The notes beneath the pieces were generated by a model. It did not search any database. It was not told where the DNA came from and was given only the letters and a program-made list of their open reading frames with translations. Of a stretch of 64,000 nt of DNA, positions 50,339 through 64,000 are shown one piece after another. The stretch is from Psilocybe cubensis (taxonomy: Eukaryota): NCBI GenBank assembly GCA_017499595.2, contig CM039008.1:1364001-1428000 (forward strand), written 5' to 3'. Numbering within the stretch: position 1 is the first letter of the stretch; the number at the start of each line of letters is the position of its first letter. The translations under genes were made by a program, and so were the position numbers.

Positions 50339-53300
50339 CTAATTAAAGAAGCCAGTTGACTTCCAATATTTAACCCATAGTTGGGCGTCCCCATTACTTA
50401 GGGAAGGGATGTTGCGCATGGTTGTACTGACATTTTGCGATTTGGTTGTCAAAAATTCTGCTATGCCGCCACTTTCCGTGCCCTTGATCTGGCCGGACCT
50501 CAGCGCCGAGTCCACTGTGGCAGCTCCTCTGAAAAAATCGAGGAGCTTGATGGCAGGCTTCCAGAAATTTAACATTCAGAAAAGTGGTATGAGACAGGAC
50601 AGATATTGCTTACAATAGCCTTGTGATCTTCAGGGTTTGCACGCTTTGCGCGTTTTTCCAGAAGCGAGTACCAGTCTTGGATAGGCAATACAGGGATTTG
50701 CGTAGTTGTGACGCCTTCCTGGACGAGAGCGTTATTTATCGCACTGACGATATCGTCAAAAGGTATTGGTCTAGGATGCACCAGATTGAGAGCAGGAGGA
50801 AGATCCGAATTGTGCAATGCAACATCGATTATGCTCTGGGCAACCCCATCCATGGGCAACCACGATGCAAACTTGACGTTATAATGAAAAATCAGGCTCT
50901 AGGTTACTAATACAACGGAAAGAAATACCCACCCCGAACATAGAGGGAAGAGCATTAAGCTCAATGCTCGACTTTACAAGAATCGGCACCCAGTCGGTCG
51001 TGGCCCATGCTCCTTTAGGTTGCCCACCAGAAATTTGGCCTACTCGGAACGAGGTACCATTAACACCGCTTTGAGTGATGAGCTAGATCCATGAAAAATT
51101 ACTTCGGGTAGCTTTGGGTATTGCAAATATCAGAACTTACTCTTTCAGCCACATACTTCGATTCACCGTACCCGTTCCCGATGGCATATTTTGGATCTAG
51201 GAGAACTTCCTCTGCGTAGGGGCCACGAGACCTATCCCAAGAAAATGCGGAAGCCACAGATGAAGTAAAGAGCAGCTTGGTTGACGAACCAGCAGACGTT
51301 GATTGTGCAAGGTCGATCAGGTTGCGAGTTCCACGGACCATGGGCTCAAAAGATACCAATTGCAGGTTGAAGTCAACCCTCCATGCAGCGTGGATGATGA
51401 CGTTGACATTGTCGAGTAACTGCGAAATAACTGTTCAGAATATCCAAGCAAAAATATATCGGCGCATATACCAACCTCTTGATAGCGTCCTTGCTCCAAT
51501 CCAATATGCTTTTTCGTGATGTCTCCGTCCAGTAAAACCAATTTATCGTCCGATAATAACCCAACATCAAATCCTCTATCCTCAAATCGCGCAACATGCC
51601 TTGCGCGAGCATCTTTCGAAGGACGGTTTAGAGCATAGATCTTCTTGACAGCTTCATTCTTCAGGAGACCTGCCAAAATTTCAGAGCCAAGGTTGCCCGT
51701 AGTGCCGGTGAGAAGCACGGTTGCAGAGTTTTCTGGAGTGCCGGATAGCAATGGCTTCTGAAATCCGACATTGTATTTCGAAATCATTTCCTCGATGGCA
51801 TCAACTCTGCTTGTGGTCACAAGGTTACTGTCAGGGTCCCTGATGAGACCCAAGAGGAATGTGGAAAGTTTCTCGATAGATGGATAGTTATAGACTAGAC
51901 TCTGAGCAATCATTTCCGAAGCCTTAAGAGTTTCCTTGTTCGATTGCAAGGCTCCGACGATACGGCGGCGAAGGATAGTCGAGCTCAAGCTGAATGAAAA
52001 CACGTTAGATGACGGAGACTATCGGCAGGGTGAAACTCACCTGTCGACACCTTGTTCAAACAAATCGACGGAGATGCAGGAAACCTTGCCTGATGTTATA
52101 TCAGCGACTTGATGCATCAACCATTTTCTTGTTGCCTCTTCTGTCCATTCTGGAGGAGGAGAAACTGTTTCGGCACTGACGGTTGATTCGATGGAAGCGT
52201 ATCTATATTCTATGTTTAATCTCAAGCATGTTAAGTGTAGGTTGAAAATTTAAAGCATACAGGGCTTCAATCTCCTCGTGATATAGCGCCAATGAGGCTT
52301 TTCGCATGACGGTGCCCTTGCCAGCACGAGGAAGAGGTTTGTTCGGAGAAGTAAAGATAATGAGTTCTTTGAAAATCCTGCTGAACGCTGGTGCAACTCG
52401 GTTTGCTTCTTCGATGACAGGCCTGTTGAATGCATCAGTGAGTGATAAATATGATAAATGTGATGCGCATATACCTACCACATGAGGTTTCTTCCTTGAA
52501 TAACGTTAACTTCGATCGACGGATCAAAATTATACGTGGGCTTAAGCTCGATGAGCACGCCAGCTTGATCATGTTCCCGTCCAAAAATCACGACCCCCAT
52601 GGTGCTTTCGACGACAACATATTAATTTACAACCGAACACACGTTAGAACGTATGCTCACAATGGACTATTCAAGATGATGTTTTCCATTGGCGCAGGAA
52701 CCGTTTTCTCTCCGGACGAATGTATAATAACGTCATCTTTTCGGCCAACACTGGAGTATCTTCAGAAAAAGACGACGCGCCAACGGAAAGTAGCTCACAT
52801 CTTCCAAAAATTCGGCACTGTAGGGTGTGGGATAAAGAGGTCGGCACTAGCATATCCCTTAATGTCAGGCATATTCTCAACTGATAGCTGGTGGTCAGGA
52901 GAAGTCTGGTATACGCCATTAGAAAAATCAGAGACTTGTGCGGAGGCAAACGCACTAAAAACTGGCACTCATAAGTGCCGTCACCTTGAGGGTCCCATCT
53001 GATCCTCACGCACTCGTCCATAGAAATCCATTCCCAATCACCGTAACCCCCTGACCTGCGCTTGAGATAGGTCGGCGCACCAAACTCGGTACCACCAAAT
53101 ATTGGGCTTAATTTTACTCCTGAATCTGTCATAAAATTACCGAGTTTGGTAGGAACAGAACCTCCAGACCACGTCTAGGATAGAGTTGAAAAGAAACGTC
53201 CACATCAATGTCATATAGACTTACCACCATATCCAGTTTGGCTAGAAACTCGACATGCTTTCTATTTTGGGCCCAGCTTTGCAAAAGGGTCGGGATGGAA

Positions 53301-54279
53301 ATCAGAACGTTGCAGTTGGTCCTGCGCGTATGATCGATGATGTTGTCCGGAGTAGGTATAGGTGGAAGTGATGCTGGTGACGTCGCGGACGGAGGGTACA
53401 ATGCGACAATACTCATCCCATACATGGAATATAATAGCGTACAAATGATTCCCAGCGTGTGGAATGTTGGAAGAGCCATACATCCAAGGGTCATCAGAGC
53501 CAAGTCATCCGTCGGTGCTGTGGTCAAATTGAATAAGTATATGCAATGGGCTAAGTATTGAACATTGACGCACGAAATGATGCCCAATGAACCATGATTC
53601 TAAAGGTTTCTGCGATAGATTTGGGGAAACCTGTACTTCCAGACGAATGAAGGTACAACATCACGTTGTCCAGTGGTGGGCGAACAAGTGGCATAGGATA
53701 TTCTTCAAAAGGATCATCTTGAGACTCGCACCCTAACTTTGGATAAATATCATAGAACGCAGGCATCTCTTCAATGGATAACTCGAATCCGGGGCTTGTC
53801 GATGCTAACTCGGACCTGATGCCGGCCAGTAGTGGTTTTAAAGTCTGTTGCGTAGAGAGTAATCTGTGGCAGTCTGTCTCTTTCAGCATTTTGATAATAG
53901 CAGCAGCAGTATTTCTTGGAGACATCAAGAAAGGCTAAGATTAACACTGATGTCAAACACTCAATTTGTAGATGCAAGATCTCGTCCTTACCACCATCCC
54001 TGCCCGTATCAAGCCAACAGAAACCGCGTTATACAACAAATTGTCCGAAAAGGCAACAATAGCGATCAACTCTCCTTCAGGTCCTCTACGTCCTGGACGC
54101 ATCTTATGCGCTACACGATGACATGCGCGTCCGTACTCCAAGTATGTGACTTTTGTTATGTCTGATTGACCATCTTCGTTGAAAATCCATACAGGGTAGT
54201 CAGGATTGTTCTTGATGTGGAAGTCAACGACTTCTGGAAGAGTTACTGAGCAGTCTCTTGGTGGTGCAGTAGGAGACAT
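50339..54279 (-). CDS. NRPS-like carboxylic acid reductase (A-T-R)
   Basis: LHSSGSTGFPK, FGGTEFG, GRKDD..SSGEKT.P, PRAGKG, DLFEQGVDSL, LTGTTGNLG, GYGESKY; many introns. Confidence 0.93.
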
Positions 54280-56238
54280 TGTGAAAACAGCGACCTGAGT
54301 TGACCCCTTTCTATCATTGGCATTTTATATAGTTGTCTAATGGCAATCCAAATCGAACAGTTCCTGATGTGGTAACCCATATTCGCGTGAGATCGGAAGA
54401 GAATATTTGCACGCTCGTATTGTCATAGATGGCATTGACTTGTGTCTTCCGCCAGGTGAAGGGTGTGCGAGAGAGAGGTGTGTCGGTGACTTTGCCTCGG
54501 GAAGTGGCGCAACGCCACAGCTATTTTTTGTCTTGACTTATTTTAATTTAGTCCAAAGTCAGACGAATCAGGAAATAACTTCCATTTTTAATACTGAATC
54601 TGGTAAAATGCTGAGCCAGTGACAAAAAACTTCATTGAATTTAATGGTGGGTAAGCTGAGTCGGCACTAGGAGGGGTGCAAACGAGAAGAAAAAACAGTT
54701 GTATGCTATCAGCTATAGCATTTCTCTACGGCAGTGTGGGCAATTGTCTTCAGCGGCATCCAAACGGCACCTGGTTGTAGGCTTCGGAACTTCCGTGCCA
54801 TCCACAACACATCCTGTTCTATCTGCTAAAACCTACGGTCTTAAGCCATACTTGTAGATATGGTAATTGCAAATGAACTCGGCTGGGTATGACTATCTCT
54901 CAGCAGCCTGTTGTTGTCTGTTACCGCTGGGCTACAAAAATCAAAATTTTAATCATATTTATTGTCAAACCACGTCAGATACATATCCATCAACTCGTCT
55001 CATCGGTATGAACAGATTGGTATGCTATGAGTTATATGCACACATTTACTCGGTATGTAACATGCAAAGATAGATTCTGATGCCTCAAATAATTCTTCAG
55101 AGATAGCACATAAGCATGCATACAACTTGATGTGCACCCTAGCGGTATCGTTTTAGAAGCGGGCTTCCGTTCTCTTGGAGATCATATTTAATTTGGGGTA
55201 ACAACTCTCCTTTTCTTTGTGATGCCTCGCATTTTCCCGTTATAAACGTTTATAGAGGAGCTCAAATGATCAACGGCATATATCCCGACGTCGACAGGGC
55301 TTCAAGCAGGGCTCTAAGTCTAACTGCTAGCTTAAACCATAAAAGCATTCATGATGCATTCAATCACTTTCCTAACGCATAAAAGCTAGTAATTATTCAG
55401 GTTGAGTGTAATCTAAAGAGCCGTTAATATATATAAATGCTATTTCCGTTCCTTCAAGGTAAGTAACATAACACTCTTTGAATTGCAAGGGATAAAGGTT
55501 TCGTGCATTGAAGTAACGCAGCTCATCCGGCGATTGTTAGAACGTGATGACTTCATTGGGGCACTTAGCGCGACGCATAAATGCCATCTATAGTGCCATC
55601 AGTTGCAATGTCGAGATTAAATCTCCATACTGGTATTACAACTGTTTAGTAGATGTCTTGAAGGTGCCAGAGGAACTTCAGATTGAAATGATACGGTACT
55701 ACAGGTATTTAATTCATCACCAATATTCTGTATGATTGTAATGCAAAATAGAGAATATGTGGTCACATTTGCTCTGATTTGGAAAATCGCGCTCGTTTGA
55801 TCCCTTCCCTATAAGTAATATAAGTTGGAAGCCTGCCAAGAAAACGAAGCTAGTAGGTCGCGCCGTGCTATTTTAAGCACACATCTATTTTTAGAATTGA
55901 GGAAATGATAAAAGTTGAAGCACTTCAAGTGCTTGGCTTTTCAGTTTCATCCTCCATCCGAGGAATCAGCCGAAGTGTGTTACCAGAAAATACGCGTATG
56001 GTAACGAGAGAAGGTATAAAATATTTACATCGTTGCACTTTGACAATTGAGGTTACGCCGCTGTTCCGATTTGAATGTACCCGCCGTCCACCTGGACGAG
56101 GCGAGGTCGGCCTTATGATCCCTGAACATGCACTCTATAGCGCCAAAAACGTTCAAAATTGAACAAGTGTTTTACTGTCTTCTATATTACATTGTTCGTA
56201 TATCAAAATGCCACGCACACAGAGAACTCTAACCTGCA

Positions 56239-58202
56239 TCAATTCGCCTTGCTCTCCTCCTCGCTTAATTTATCCTGTTCCGCCGGATCCCATCCTTTTG
56301 CTTTGATCTCTTCCATTACAGATTCCTTCAACTCACGCACTGCCTTCCCTTCCTTGTTCTTGTAAAATACAATATCACCTTCATCTTCAATGAAGAGACA
56401 TTGTGTAAATGAGCGGTAGAGGGCATAGAAAGAGGGCTGTATGCATCACCAACAATCTCGTAAGCCTTTTTAGGCACGGAAAATAAGGAAAAAAGTACTC
56501 ACCGTTGAGTCGTAATTGTAATCCTCCTTCAAGACAGACTTCACCGCTTTGGTGATTTCCGGCCCGTTATCTATAAATTATATTTCTCATTCAGTCTAGT
56601 TCGCTACAAAGGAAGCAACAAAAGACTTACAGAATGGAGCGCGAAGGAAGAAGTCTGAAAGGTAGAAGAACTTAGTCAAAATCTTCTGAACTAGCCAATC
56701 ATACTTACGATGCGCGACATGGTCGTGACTGATGTTGTGGAAGAAGAACCTGCCCATCCACCCGAGTAGCGGTCTGTCAACGGTGCCAACGGCGCCTCGG
56801 AGGAAGGACCATTCTCCCTTGCGATAATGGGGGATAGTGGGATCTGAGTGATGAAGGAAGGTGAACATCACAATCCAGTGGTTGACGAGCTTGACAATGA
56901 TATAGTTTAGTACAAAGCTGTGTCTATGTGCGGCATGCTGGTACTCACGACATATGGCGCCAAATAATACCACAAGAAGAATTCCCTTCCAAGTTTGTAC
57001 AGTATGAAGGACATGGCGCCGAGGCCGACATTGGACATGAAAATTGAAAAGCCTGGTAAAAATTAGGAACAAAGTCACAGAGGACTTTCACAAATACGTA
57101 CGTTGCTCCTTTTTAAAGAGTGGCGAATATGGACTAAAATGGTTGGTGCCGGGGGGGTACATTGGAGACCCCATGGTGTTACGCCTAATTTCAAGGTTAA
57201 TACGTTCACAAAAGAGATATCTCTGGAATAACATACGCAAGGTAAACCCACCACCCGCTATGATGGATTACGTTAATCAATTATATGTGTAGCAAAACTA
57301 TTTAATATAATAACGTACAAGCCCTGCATGATGAACATCCTGTAGAGGGTGTACAATGGTGTCTCCTCGAAGATTTCAGAATAATCTGTGCTCTTGGCCA
57401 ATTTTTCGGATGGAAGGTTGAATTGACTGCGGGTATATGGAACATAGTTTTCGTCTCGCTCCATAGAACCTGTTGCTTTCTATATAAAACCTAGGTGAGC
57501 CCATATTTACCAGAATAATCCTAAAGAATTCTAACATGATGAGCGTGATGGGTTGAGCGCCACGAGAAGTATGGGATCAGCAAGTACTGTACGCAGCGTC
57601 AGCTATTTATTTAAATTGTCAAATTTTCAAAGCAGGACTTACAGAATGGAGGAGGAAACCAACTGTGTTGTTAATTTTATTGCTTTCGAAAAGGGAAGTG
57701 TGTCCGGCATCATGGCCTTCATTCGAATACTCTTAGTTAGAACTCCAACGCGGAATAGTTGATAAACATACCAAGACAGAAAATCCCAGCAAATACGAGT
57801 CCCTGGAACCACCAATAAAATCCCCACATCGACGCTTTCAAAAGGGTCTTCTGCCATCCTTCCGTCACATATCCCCCGAAATCACTCGCCGCCCAAGGTG
57901 TGATCGAATATGCGAATTTATATAGGAGCGAGGTGAATACGATATCGCGAATGACATATAGAGCTGCCTTTCGTTGATTTTCTGCGATAAAGTAAATTAG
58001 CATCGTTTTATTGCATTGGTGCAAAGCTGCATACTCCTGAGCAAATGCTTGGGCACGGCATCATGCACTTCCTTTAGTGTAAACGTGGGAGGAACGAATG
58101 GTCGCTTGAGTCTTACGAGATAATCATTAGCCCTGAATACTACTATACAGCACTAAGCTGGACACACCGTTCCTCGTATTCTGGACCATTTTTAAAAAAC
58201 AT
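56239..58202 (-). CDS. FAD2-like (delta12/omega-6 family) fatty acid desaturase
   Basis: PPTFTLKEVHDAVPKH; His boxes HDAGH, HHAHH and HVAHH; TFLHHSDP; GTVDR. Confidence 0.92.
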
Positions 58203-60478
58203 GACTGGAAAATCTGAGAGGAGGTCACCAGTAGGGAGGATTTCCACTGGGCCGGAATCAAGAAGGGGTCTTCTCAAGCGAAACCACCGCGAGGTCTAAG
58301 TATAAGTAAAAGATGCTTCACGATAATGGCACAGACCGCAATCTAACCGATTGGCAATACCTGAGAAATGAGAGATCGGTATCAAGACTCGAGAACCAGG
58401 GCTCGAGGTAAATACATGCTTTGAACGGCTGTCAACACGGAGTGTTACGCTTTTGGCAGTGTGGATAGTTGGGCGTATACATCCATCTGCATCAGTCGTG
58501 GGAACCGAAGTTTCTTCGTTCAAGTTGAAAGCTGCCTGCGCTGTTGTGTGACGACTATCATTCTATGACAGCTCGGGCAGCATGGACTGGCCGATGGAAC
58601 TGATTGAGGGCGTCCTATGTTCATTTGTCATGATATTTTTGGTATCTAATATAGTCCATGCCCACACAGCCAACTATACTTGCTTTGACCGACAAATATC
58701 TTTGAATGATGAACACGACATAGAATGAGGCAGAAATCTGTACGGAGAGAACGAATCTTCTGGGCTCACAACTGAGCGGTCCATAAAACCCCGCGTGATT
58801 ATCGATCTGTGAGAGAGCAGCTTGATTTTCAGAAGACTTGCGGAAAAGTGTCATTAACACTCGGATCCTTGTCCACAGAATGTTGTTCAAACTCAAGTGC
58901 GGATATCTTTAGTTACCGTTGTTCCGGTGGTTGTTTACACTTCTTTGTGTGCTTCCACACTCTCAAAGCAGCCTCGTAATCGCCTGAAAAATATGCTTCT
59001 TTGTCGCATTATCGGTGGCACAATTCTTAGAATATCTCAGCGACAACCCGACGCCAGCTTTAACTACCCATGATTCAAGTGTAATTGCGCGAGGTACACT
59101 ATCACTTTTCTGCCTCGTGGCATCATCAGTGCAACTTTATCACTTCGACTGGCTTCGACAATGATTCTACCCCTATCGTAGGCAAGATATGTTCCAATAG
59201 CTTACAATGAACAGTTCCCGGAGTAACTACAGCAACATCACTAAGTCCGATATCTTCAGTCACAAAACAATATCATATGCATAAGTATCCTTGCCAGTAC
59301 TCACGCAGTAATTCGGAAATCACTCTGAAATTCCAGTAGTACTGTCAACTAAGCCCATCTATACCTATGCGTAAACAACGGTGTTTATTTTTCGAGCAGA
59401 AAAAGACACGTCAATGGTTGGCATGTCCTGATACCCGACAAGGATCTACAGAATTTAAACGTCTAGACGTTGAAGGTGGAGATAGGTCGTATTACTATCG
59501 AATTCACGCGATAGTTCGTGGACTATCTGACAACAATCAGCGGTCGACCATTAGTATTCCCCAAAGATTATGCGGATGGGGCAAGATAACATCCAGCACT
59601 TGACAAAGTATGAGAGAGCTGGGGTTGATATGTTTGTAGTTTTACCATATGTCCAGGACAGGGACCTCGCAAAAACGATAGATTATGTAGCTGGGAACTT
59701 CATATCGCAGACAGTCGGAAAATTTGCGAGATTAACACAGCAGCTTAGTGAATGCGCAGTATATTATTAACAATAAGCGATATTTTCCGAACCCACCTTT
59801 GGCCGCAAATGACCCCTTATAAGATGAGCGGCGTTCTCGTAGGCGAGGGTTTTAACCGTATGTTCTCAAGGTAACAGTTGATACTTACCGAACATATTTG
59901 CGAATAATGCTTAGGTGAATGTTCCGATAAAGTATTGGTAAGAGCCTTCAGAGAAGTACAAGTACCATGATAAAAGTGTTCTAATCTGAATATACTATAA
60001 ATAGAACAAGAAACCCTCATCGAGAATCCGAGTCGAGATAAGATAATAACATGAAAACGGAACTTGGGAAAAACACCAGACAGAATCTTATCAAAATGAA
60101 TTCATTTATACAAGCCAAAAAGGGGACATATACAAAGTTACAGCTCAAAGAAAACATACAAAGATGAAGAACAAATCTAATAGTAAAAAGGAGATTCAGA
60201 GTAGCCTAGTCGGACGTCGTCCAGGAGGTTGAACTGTCCAAATGCGATAAAAATGGATCCGGTCATGAATACATAATCCAGGAAGAAAATATAAAACGAG
60301 ATAGAAGGATGGACGAGAAATTCCCCTGGGAGGCGAGACGCAGACAACTTGGTAGGTGTGTCTAAGCTCCATGGAATAGAATGCAGGGTCGATATAGAAT
60401 GTCGCTAGCAAGAAAGAACGAGAGAAAACCTAACCGATAACCTTAACCAGAAGAGGATGGAGAACCCAAGACCGAGAA

Positions 60479-61662
60479 TCAAAACTTAGCGAATGGGCGA
60501 ATTGAAATGGTCCTGAACACTCTCGTGTCGGGAGGATGTATATCCCCGTCCACAGAAATGCGCACAATTCCCCTCGCCTTGTCTTGCTCTCTTCGAAGGA
60601 GAATATGAGCCACAGTCAACAGAGGATTGGGATCCGGTTCTTCCTTCCTGAAATTAGGCGGAAGAGAAAATCTCGAAGCCATTTTTTTTATGCCTTCGCC
60701 ATCAAGCACCGCCGTGGTTGGTTGAGAAGGGACTTCGTCCTTTTCTTTGAAGATATCCAGGCTAACCACAGCGCTGTCAAAACTGGCGTCAGGCGAGCTG
60801 TCCCCGGCGTCTATGTCGCCACCCGATACCTCGGGCGACTTATCCCATGGGTACGGTGAAAGTCCCGACGCGGGTACCGGGGAAGAAAACGAATCCTCAA
60901 GCGCAATAACAGTCTCTAATAACTCCTGCTTATATGCGGCCAAAATAGCGTTTCCAAGTCCAGTGCGTGGTCCGGGGACCATACCTACGCGACGCGCACG
61001 CGGGTTGACAATGTCCTCGAAGAGCTTATTGACCAGGCGCATATCGAGGTAATCATCATCTTGTGTATGCCCGCCAGAGCAAGGGTCCTCCGCTACGTCT
61101 TCTTTTGAGCCTACCTCAGTCGCAAGGGTAGTAGGTTCAAGCTTTTCCTCAGAAGGCACCGCCAAATCAGACTCCGTGTCACTTTGGGGGAATCTAATAT
61201 TTTCACCATCCTTCTTCTCAGAGTCTCCAGAAAGTTCGCTGAGCGAGAACGAAGAAGGTGTTGAAGGGGAGCTTGAGTATTCTGATGGTGATGACTCGCC
61301 AGAACTTGTCCTTTTCGTGGTAAAAACTGAAGAGCGCTTTGAATCCTCGTCAGATTCTGACATCGCCAACAACGCCTCGAAGGCCTCCTCTTTTGACATC
61401 GGTGGAGAAGGTTTCTCAGCAACTGTGGAAGATGGAAGAGGTGTCCAATGAGTCCATCTTACGATAACGCTATTATGAAGTACACACCGGAATGGAGATC
61501 TTGCTCTGACCTCGCACTGGAAGAACTTTCCTCATGCTGTTGAGCATCGGCAGTTGGGAAGATTTCACTGCTGAAATTCGACTCTTCGTTACCCTTCATG
61601 GGATGAACACCCAGGCGTTTTGAAGGACGAGCGAACAGTTTCGAGAGCGAAGACGTGCCCAT
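60479..61662 (-). CDS. Second orphan Ser/Glu-rich protein, intact copy (2 exons)
   Basis: MGTSSLSKLFARPSKR...DLHS|VAEKPSPPMSKEEAF...RPFAKF*; one GT-AG intron joins the two ORFs in frame. Confidence 0.72.
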
Positions 61663-62732
61663 GGTGGAAAGGATTGAGAATGGAAGATCTGCCATGAAAA
61701 ACCCGCTGAAGATGAAACTAATAGGAAGAAGAAGAATGAATGCATTGGGGAAAAAAATTGGGGATTGGTACTCATCCAGAAAACGATCGAGATCGAAAAG
61801 CAAAAATGTGACAGTCAGGTAGAAAATCCGATTCATCTAAACAGAAGTCTGAAATCTGATGAAATGCAATTCCCTGGAAGCAAGCCATGAAGAGTACAAC
61901 CAACAGAGGGACTGGTAACTGAGTAGGTCAGATAGCCAATGCTAAGACAGGTGACAGCGATGTACAAAAGTATGATCAGGGCCCTTCCATTTCAAGGTAA
62001 AGAAGCTGCTAGTAGTTCTCACGGTTTTGAAAGGGGTTAAAGTCTAATGAGTTCTTGTCCTCTAGCAGCAAACTTAGGTTCGAACAATTATTAGATTTTC
62101 AAAGCAATATATATTAGAAGATGGAGAGTATATGTTGGTATATAGGTATAAGATATAAAAATTATATGTGAAGATTCAAAAGAAGATTTAGAGGCGAATG
62201 GATGATAAAAAGATGAATGCAAAGCAGAGATATGTGATGGTTTAAATTAAAGGAAATAAATTAGAAGATAATAAGATTAAGAGATTGAAGAAAATATATG
62301 AAGATAGATGAAATAAATTGAGTTGATAATAAGTTATAAAGATGGAAGAAATATTTGAAAGAAATGGTAGTGTGCAGCAATGAAGCACGAAAATGGCAAA
62401 GTAGCATGTAAATGCAAAAATTGTCCGATGAAGCATAAAAAGGAGAACGAAGAGAACAAGATAAAAGCAACAACAAAGAAATACGAGTAACATCGAAAAC
62501 AAGAAATTGTTGAACAAAGAGCGAATAGCAAAAAAACAAACGAAGACAGCAAGAACAAAAGCAGAAGTAGCCCAGAGGCAATAGATCGTGGAAGCCAGGC
62601 GAAAAGCCAACTAGCGAGCCAGAGCGGGTAGACTGTATGCGCATCGTAAAGGTAGTGTATAGTGATGTGTGATGGCATGTCAAAGGTGGCCGTCTATGAT
62701 TGGCGAGAAGACTAATAGCCTGGCTCTTGATT

Positions 62733-63235
62733 GGTCGTAACGGTGCGGTCATGACGGTTGTGCAACCGTGAGGGTCGTAAAAGGTCGTCATGGTTGTGTA
62801 ACCGTGGAGGTCGTAAAAGTCGTAAAAGTCGTAAAAGTCGTAAAAGGTCGTAAAAGGTCGTAACGGTTAAGAAACCATGAGGCTCGTAAAATGTCGTGAA
62901 GGTCGTGACGGTGTTAAACCGTGGGGGTCGTAAAAGGTCGTAAAGGTCGTGACGGTTGTGTAACCGTGGAGGTTGTAAAAGGTCGTGAAGGTTGTAAAAC
63001 CTTGAAGGTCGTAAAAGGTTGTGACGGTCGTAAAACCGTGAAGGTCGTAAAAGGTCGTAAAAGATCATGACGGTTGTAAAACCGTGGAGGTCGTAAAGGT
63101 CGTGACGGTCATAAAACCGTGAAGGTCGTAAAAGGTCGTGACGGTTGTAAAACCGCGGAGGTCGTAAAAGGTCGTGACGGTCGTAAAAGGTCGTAAAAGG
63201 TCGTAAAAGATCGTAAAAGGTCGTGAAGGTTGTAA
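62733..63235 (-). repeat. Hairpin minisatellite, copy C (~10 hairpins)
   Basis: Repeats are directly visible. Confidence 0.9.
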
Positions 63236-63477
63236 ATGCCGAGAAAGTTGATAGAGGTCTATCTCGAACATTGCAGAGAAGTTTGAGCCAGCGAATGTCT
63301 AGGGCTCCGGAGACGGACGGTAGCGTCCAGGTGTTCGGTCCAATGGCGTATGATGATGGCAGCGAGTAATTTGCAGCGGCAGATATAAAGGCAAGGCGAG
63401 GCTGGAGGTTGGCGCATCCGGAATCAAGGCGAGGCTGGAGGTTGGCGCATCCGGAATGGGCAACTGGTCTTGAGGTA

Positions 63478-63712
63478 TCCGGGCAATCATCCCGGCGCAA
63501 GAGTAGAAGGAAACAGCACTCGTCAGCACTGCGCCCCCTATCCCATGCGACCGGACACCGCAGCCACACCATGAAACCGAGAGCACTCGTCAGCGCTCCC
63601 AACTCCATATGCAGCTGCGATGTGGCTCAGAAATTGTCCCGTCAGACAACTCCTTCACCTGATGAAAGGAGGAACACAAGGAAGCCCGTCGGCTGTGTGT
63701 TCCCTAACCCGG
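63478..63712 (-). ncRNA. GACG-hairpin structured element, copy C
   Basis: Reverse complement of 11296-11530 with all four loops intact. Confidence 0.6.
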
Positions 63713-64000
63713 ATATTGTTGCCAGTGCTGGGCGGTATGGCCTGTGCCCAAGGTAGAGTATGCCTAAGAAGCCTCAGCTGAGAAATCTGAAGAAGTATGA
63801 TAAGAAAGGAGAGTAATTTTGAAGATAACTAGAACTCACCTGCTGAAAACTGCGAAACGTTGTTGACCAATGGTGCCAAGGAGCGAGAATTTTGCCAGTG
63901 AATTCCGAACGCGAGTCACTGAGCGGGCGAACGACTTCGAGGATGTCAAGAAGTCATCGGCCATGGAGAACGACGATAAATGGACATCGTCGAAATGTAT

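Larger units (their letters stand above)
60359..64000 (-). repeat. Module copy C, inverted (runs off the window)
   Basis: Reverse complement of ~11020-14433. Confidence 0.93.

Overview
Intron-rich fungal DNA that looks like an Agaricomycete (mushroom-forming basidiomycete); the species cannot be determined from the sequence. Ordinary genes: ARO1 (5' end), RKI1, TFB5, an APH/kinase-like gene, two tandem HMG-box genes, two paralogous small secreted 6-Cys proteins, a peroxisomal enoyl-CoA isomerase, a lactonase/muconate-cyclase-like propeller next to a secreted intradiol dioxygenase, an intron-containing tRNA-Arg(ACG), an A-T-R carboxylic acid reductase and a FAD2-like desaturase. There is also a fragmented aconitase pseudogene and a young full-length Ty3/Gypsy element (identical 286-bp LTRs, 4-bp TSD). 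The standout is a module present four times: A ~5.8-14.4 kb; B ~26.9-34.2 kb; C, inverted and partial, 60.4-64 kb; and an old diverged copy D at 38.6-49.3 kb that the Gypsy element interrupts. The module is an orphan disordered-protein gene (KLF...KKKGK...FGSIPLL...SxIP), then a CT tract, then an apparently spliced non-coding region. That region holds a tandem array of intron+hairpin-exon units, a ~235-nt structured element with four GACG-tetraloop hairpins whose stems co-vary between A and D, and a hairpin minisatellite. A and C then carry a second orphan gene with a related N-terminus. All gene models and folds were made by eye; no searches were run.
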